Sequence record: SRR20825010_4291
Reading direction: 5' to 3' (one strand)
DNA length: 20,000 nucleotides
Of this stretch, positions 15,570-20,000 are shown piece by piece. The translations under genes and the position numbers were made by a program. The notes under the pieces were generated by a model, which was not told the origin of the DNA, did no database searches, and saw only the letters and a program-made list of their open reading frames with translations. Numbering within the stretch: the first letter of the stretch is position 1; each line of letters opens with the position of its first letter.

Positions 15570-16589
15570 ATGGAAATATCAGTACAGCAAGTTGCGCAAC
15601 TTCTTGAAGGAAAGGTAGATGGAGACGGAAGTCTCATGGTCAGTCGACTAGAAAAAATAGAAGAAGCTACCGCTGGAAGTATTGCTTTTCTGGCCAATCC
15701 AAAGTATACAGAGTACATCTATAGCACAAAGGCAAGTGCAATAATTGTAAAGGAAGATTTAGAGTTAAAGCAAGAAATCAACGCAGCTCTAATACGTGTT
15801 TCAGATCCCTATTCAAGTTTTTCCAAACTTTTGGAAGAATACCAAAAGCTTACACAAATTCAGAAGTCAGGAATCGAACAACCTTCATTTCAAAGCATCA
15901 CGAGCCAAATTGAAGACGATGTGTACCTTGGCGCTTTCTCTTATTTGGGGGAAAACGTAAAAATTGGAAAAGGCACAAAAATATATCCTAATTGCGTAAT
16001 TGGTGACAATGTAACCATCGGAGAAAACACCATTTTACATGCTGGAGTGAAAGTTTATGCTGATTGCAAAATTGGTGATCACTGTAAAATTCATTCTGGT
16101 GTGGTGATTGGTAGCGAAGGTTTTGGTTACGCCCCACAACCCGATGGCACTTTCAAAACTATTCCGCAAACGGGCAATGTGGTCATCCACAACAAAGTAG
16201 ACATTGGAGCAAATACGGTTGTAGATTGTGCTACTATGGGTTCCACCATCATACGAGATGGAGCCAAAATAGACAATCTAGTACAGATCGCTCACAACGT
16301 AGAAATAGGAAAGAATACCGCCATAGCATCGCAAGCTGGAATTTCAGGCAGTGCTAAAATTGGTAAAAATGTAATGATTGGAGGTCAAGCTGGCATTACT
16401 GGTCATTTAACAATTGCTGATAAAGTAATTATTGGGCCACAATCTGGCGTACCCAAAACGATTGAAAATCAAGGAATTTACACTGGAACTCCAATTATGG
16501 ATCATAGAGAGTTTCTTAAGGCAAGTATCGCGCTAAGAAAACTTCCAGAGTTATTAAGAAGAGTCACCCAACTCGAAAAAAAGGGTTAA
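15570..16589 (+). CDS. lpxD: UDP-3-O-(3-hydroxyacyl)glucosamine N-acyltransferase
   Basis: IAFLANPKY, hexapeptide repeats, IGSEGFGYA, KIDNLVQIAHNV. Confidence 0.97.
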   Translation: MEISVQQVAQLLEGKVDGDGSLMVSRLEKIEEATAGSIAFLANPKYTEYIYSTKASAIIVKEDLELKQEINAALIRVSDPYSSFSKLLEEYQKLTQIQKSGIEQPSFQSITSQIEDDVYLGAFSYLGENVKIGKGTKIYPNCVIGDNVTIGENTILHAGVKVYADCKIGDHCKIHSGVVIGSEGFGYAPQPDGTFKTIPQTGNVVIHNKVDIGANTVVDCATMGSTIIRDGAKIDNLVQIAHNVEIGKNTAIASQAGISGSAKIGKNVMIGGQAGITGHLTIADKVIIGPQSGVPKTIENQGIYTGTPIMDHREFLKASIALRKLPELLRRVTQLEKKG

Positions 16590-16594
16590 ATTTG
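16587..16594 (+). promoter_or_regulatory. Putative -7 element TAAATTTG for lpxC/fabZ, overlapping the lpxD stop
   Basis: Exact TAnnTTTG 19 nt before the lpxC ATG. Confidence 0.5.
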
Positions 16595-16613
16595 TCGAAT
16601 TTTTGAGGAGAAA

Positions 16614-18002
16614 ATGAAGAACAAACAACATACGATCAAAAGACCGGTAACGGTGTCAGGCGTAGGTTTACATACTGGGGTAATTTCAAACATGACGTTT
16701 AACCCCGCCCCTGCAAATCACGGAATCAAGTTTCAAAGGATAGACCTAGAAACCCGTCCAATTGTTGACGCAGATGTAGATTATGTCGTGGACCTTTCAA
16801 GAGGAACTACCATTGAACATAATGGTGCTAGAATTAATACGGTTGAGCACACACTGGCTGCTCTGGTCGGTTTAGAAATAGACAATGTACTTATTCAGTT
16901 AGATGGTCCGGAGCCCCCTATCATGGATGGTAGCTCTAGAATGTTTATCGATGCGCTTGAAACCGTGGGTTTTGAAGAACAAAATGCACTCAGAAACTTT
17001 TACGAAGTAACAGAGAGTATTCGTTATAAAGACCCAGAAAGAGACGTAGAAATTGCCGCATTACCACTAGATGATTTCCGTGTAACAGTAATGGTTGATT
17101 ACAATTCGCCAGTATTGGGCAGTCAGCATGCATCACTTAACCACATCAGTGATTTCAAAAAAGAAATCTCTTCGAGTAGAACATTCTGCTTTCTACATGA
17201 GTTAGAAATGCTACACAAAAACAACCTGATCAAAGGAGGCGACCTGAATAACGCCATTGTGGTGGTAGACCGTGTTGTTAAAGAAGATGAACTTGATTAT
17301 TTGGCTGCGCTTTTTAATAAACCAAAAGTTGAAGTTAGACAAGAAGGCATTCTCAACAATGTTGAACTTAGACATAAGAACGAACCCGCCAGACATAAAC
17401 TATTAGATGTTGTGGGTGATTTAGCACTAATTGGAAGACCATTGAAAGCTCAGATTTTAGCCGCAAGGCCGGGACATGCTGCCAATGTAGCTTTTGCTAA
17501 GAAGGTAAAAAAAGAGATGCAGTTGGCGAAAAATTCAGCACCTCAATACGATCCTAAAGTAGATCCGGTAATGGATATTAACCAGATCATGCAGATTCTA
17601 CCACACCGTTATCCATTCCTTTTGATTGACAAAATCATTCATTTGGATGATACGATGGTGGCAGGAATTAAAAACGTAACCATGAATGAACATTTCTTCT
17701 TGGGGCATTTCCCTGGCAACCCTGTAATGCCTGGAGTATTGCAAATTGAAGCTATGGCGCAAATCGGTGGGATTTTGGTACTCAACACTGTACCCGATCC
17801 AGAAAATTATACTCCTTACTTCCTTGGAATCGACAAATGTAAATTCAGAAAGATGGTAGTCCCAGGAGATACACTTAAATTTAAATGTGAGCTAACAGCC
17901 CCTATCAAAAGAGGTATTGCTCAAATGAATGGTACAGCTTACGTAGGTAACACCTTGGTTTGCGAAGCCGCTATGACCGCTAGAATTGTTAAGAATCAAT
18001 GA
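16614..18002 (+). CDS. lpxC: Bifunctional LpxC deacetylase / FabZ dehydratase fusion
   Basis: LpxC: GVGLHTG, TVEH, PIMDGS, SRTFCF, RHKLLD. FabZ: LPHRYPFLLID, GHFPGNPVMPGVLQIEAMAQ. Confidence 0.97.
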   Translation: MKNKQHTIKRPVTVSGVGLHTGVISNMTFNPAPANHGIKFQRIDLETRPIVDADVDYVVDLSRGTTIEHNGARINTVEHTLAALVGLEIDNVLIQLDGPEPPIMDGSSRMFIDALETVGFEEQNALRNFYEVTESIRYKDPERDVEIAALPLDDFRVTVMVDYNSPVLGSQHASLNHISDFKKEISSSRTFCFLHELEMLHKNNLIKGGDLNNAIVVVDRVVKEDELDYLAALFNKPKVEVRQEGILNNVELRHKNEPARHKLLDVVGDLALIGRPLKAQILAARPGHAANVAFAKKVKKEMQLAKNSAPQYDPKVDPVMDINQIMQILPHRYPFLLIDKIIHLDDTMVAGIKNVTMNEHFFLGHFPGNPVMPGVLQIEAMAQIGGILVLNTVPDPENYTPYFLGIDKCKFRKMVVPGDTLKFKCELTAPIKRGIAQMNGTAYVGNTLVCEAAMTARIVKNQ

Positions 18003-18781
18003 ACCAGCCTTTAGCATATATTCACCCAGAAGCCAAAATTGCCTCAAATGTGGTGATCGAGCCTTTTGTGACCATAAGTAAAAATGTCACCATTGATGAA
18101 GGCAGTTGGATAGGGCCCAATGTTACCATTATGGAAGGGGCAAGGATTGGCAAGAATGTCAAGATTTTCCCTGGAGCAGTTATTTCTGCAGTTCCTCAAG
18201 ATTTAAAGTTTGGGGGAGAAGAAACCACCCTTGAAATAGGTGACAACACAGTCATTAGAGAGTGTGTCACACTGAACAGAGGTACACATGCTACCAAGAA
18301 AACATCGATAGGTAAGGATTGCTTAGTGATGGCTTACACCCATGTAGCCCACGATTGCCATATTGGTGATAATTGCATTCTTGTAAATGCTGTTCAACTC
18401 GCTGGTCACGTGACGATAGAAGACTGGGCTATTATTGGAGGTGCTGCTGCGGTACATCAATTTGTAAAAATCGGAGCACATACCATGGTTTCAGGCGGCT
18501 CTTTGGTTAGAAAAGATGTCCCTCCGTATACAAAAGCAGGACGTGAACCCCTTAGTTATGCGGGTATTAATTCCGTTGGCTTAAGAAGAAGGGGCTTTGC
18601 AAACGAAAAAATAGCCGAAATCCAAGAATTGTATCGCTACATTTTCCTTAAAGGGCTAAACAACTCTAAGGCATTAGACCTTTTGGAACTTGAAATGCCA
18701 CCTTCAAGAGAAAGGGATGAGATTATTAATTTCTTCAGAAATTCAGATCGAGGAGTTATGAAAGGCTATACGGCCAGATAA
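17999..18781 (+). CDS. lpxA: UDP-N-acetylglucosamine O-acyltransferase
   Basis: PQDLKF, IRECVTLNRGT, HVAHDC, LAGHV, VHQF, KDVPPY, INSVGLRRRGF; ATGA overlap with lpxC/fabZ. Confidence 0.97.
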   Translation: MNQPLAYIHPEAKIASNVVIEPFVTISKNVTIDEGSWIGPNVTIMEGARIGKNVKIFPGAVISAVPQDLKFGGEETTLEIGDNTVIRECVTLNRGTHATKKTSIGKDCLVMAYTHVAHDCHIGDNCILVNAVQLAGHVTIEDWAIIGGAAAVHQFVKIGAHTMVSGGSLVRKDVPPYTKAGREPLSYAGINSVGLRRRGFANEKIAEIQELYRYIFLKGLNNSKALDLLELEMPPSRERDEIINFFRNSDRGVMKGYTAR

Positions 18782-18782
18782 A

Positions 18783-19400
18783 ATGAGGATTAAGGTTGAA
18801 AACCTAGGAAAAAAGTATGCGAAGGAATGGATATTCAGGAAGCTTGATATGGAATTCGATTCTCAATTTTCCTATGCCATTACAGGGCCAAATGGTAGCG
18901 GTAAGTCAACTTTGCTTCAAATTCTTACAGGCGTATTCTTACCAACAGAGGGGACTATTTCGTATTTTCAGGGTGATGAAAAAATTCTTGAAGAGAACTT
19001 CTACAAGCATTTAGACATTGTCACTCCATATTTAGAGTTGATCGAAGAGTTTACCCTCGATGAGTTTTTGAAATTTCACTTCAAGTTTAAACAATTATCA
19101 GAGGGGGTTTCAATAGATGGTTTTATTCAACAAGTCTATTTAGAAAAAGACAGAGATAAACAGCTTCAGAACTTTTCATCGGGTATGAAACAAAGGCTAA
19201 AACTTGGTCTGGCCTTCTACTCGCAAAGCCCTATCTGTTTTTTAGATGAGCCTACTTCGAATTTAGATGAGCAAGGTACCGCTTGGTATCTAACACATGT
19301 AAAAAAAGCTTTGGACAAAAAGCTGGTCATTATAAGCTCAAACCAGAAGTACGAATATGATTTCTGTGACAAAGTCGTTAGTATTCCTGATTTTAAATAA
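18783..19400 (+). CDS. Orphan ABC ATP-binding protein (CcmA-like size)
   Basis: GPNGSGKST, FSSGMKQR, FLDEPTSNLD. Confidence 0.9.
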   Translation: MRIKVENLGKKYAKEWIFRKLDMEFDSQFSYAITGPNGSGKSTLLQILTGVFLPTEGTISYFQGDEKILEENFYKHLDIVTPYLELIEEFTLDEFLKFHFKFKQLSEGVSIDGFIQQVYLEKDRDKQLQNFSSGMKQRLKLGLAFYSQSPICFLDEPTSNLDEQGTAWYLTHVKKALDKKLVIISSNQKYEYDFCDKVVSIPDFK

Positions 19401-19462
19401 ACATGAGAAAGAATTGAATTCCCCCATTTTATAATTATTATTGGTTTTACAATTAAAGAACT

Positions 19463-19948
19463 ATGATCAGAATCAAACACCTCTCATTTCTATTGATCGC
19501 CATCTGCGCACTGACCTTATCTTCTTGTGGCGGAGGAGGCGGAGGCGGAGATGACACTCCCACACTTACCGCTGAGGAACAAAGACTATTGGATTTAGTA
19601 GGTACCACTGGTGTTACTTATGTGGCCAGTTCCATCACATTTAATGGAGCAGCGGCCACTGGTTTTGATAATTACACCCTAACCTTAAGAGGAACAGCCT
19701 CAAGTAAAACTTATTCTACGACCGATGGAGATCCAGTTTTTAAAGCAACTGGATCATGGGCATTCAATGGCACTAACATCAATCAAATTTTAATTGACGG
19801 AAACTCTAGTAACACATTTGCCATATCTTCATTTAATGCCAGCGCTGGTACATTTACGCTAACGGTTAATTTTGTAGCCAGCGGAGGAGTAGCTGCAGGA
19901 ACAAATAGCACTAATGGTACTTATGTTTTCAACTTGGTAAAACAATAA
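19463..19948 (+). CDS. Putative lipoprotein, beta-rich, with poly-Gly linker
   Basis: Lipobox LSS-C, then poly-Gly and DD; Thr/Gly/Ser-rich beta-strand pattern. Confidence 0.8.
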   Translation: MIRIKHLSFLLIAICALTLSSCGGGGGGGDDTPTLTAEEQRLLDLVGTTGVTYVASSITFNGAAATGFDNYTLTLRGTASSKTYSTTDGDPVFKATGSWAFNGTNINQILIDGNSSNTFAISSFNASAGTFTLTVNFVASGGVAAGTNSTNGTYVFNLVKQ

Positions 19949-20000
19949 GAATCACATTTCAACGCAGGCAATAAGAAAGCGCCATTTTAGATATCTAAAA

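Noticed and set aside
16614-18002. LpxC-FabZ fusion as a novelty
   Set aside because: Standard in Bacteroidota.
365-19480. Other short ORFs nested in or antisense to long genes (e.g. 5188-5478, 8465-8869, 11838-12149, 13547-13939)
   Set aside because: They overlap well-supported genes wholly or largely and show no recognisable motifs.
19529-19549. GGM trinucleotide run as a phase-variable tract
   Set aside because: In-frame mixed GGC/GGA codons encoding a Gly linker after the lipoprotein Cys; unit changes would not shift the frame.

Overview
Mostly core chromosome of a Bacteroidota bacterium. Evidence: lpxD-lpxC/fabZ-lpxA order, porX-tsaE, TAnnTTTG promoters and a Bacteroidota-type tmRNA tag; Cytophagales is an inference. 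In order: 3' end of an SGNH hydrolase, rarA, a small Cys/His protein, a small frameshifted GIY-YIG nuclease gene missed by the ORF track (2067-2304, -), a cluster of CC-TWC-GC...GC-TWY-GG palindromic repeats interlocked with the 3' end of tmRNA (ssrA, 2590-2956, -), then a hypothetical protein, MOSC, sterol desaturase, amidohydrolase, DUF1569, a NarX-type sensor lacking an ATPase domain, M1 aminopeptidase, PhnA, GreA-like, BLUF, an Ald-like protein with substituted catalytic residues, tsaE, porX, an HD phosphohydrolase, lipid A genes, an ABC ATPase and a lipoprotein. The best candidate for an undescribed system is the ~530-bp GIY-YIG + palindromic-repeat cassette fused to the tmRNA 3' end, which has no integrase or transposase.
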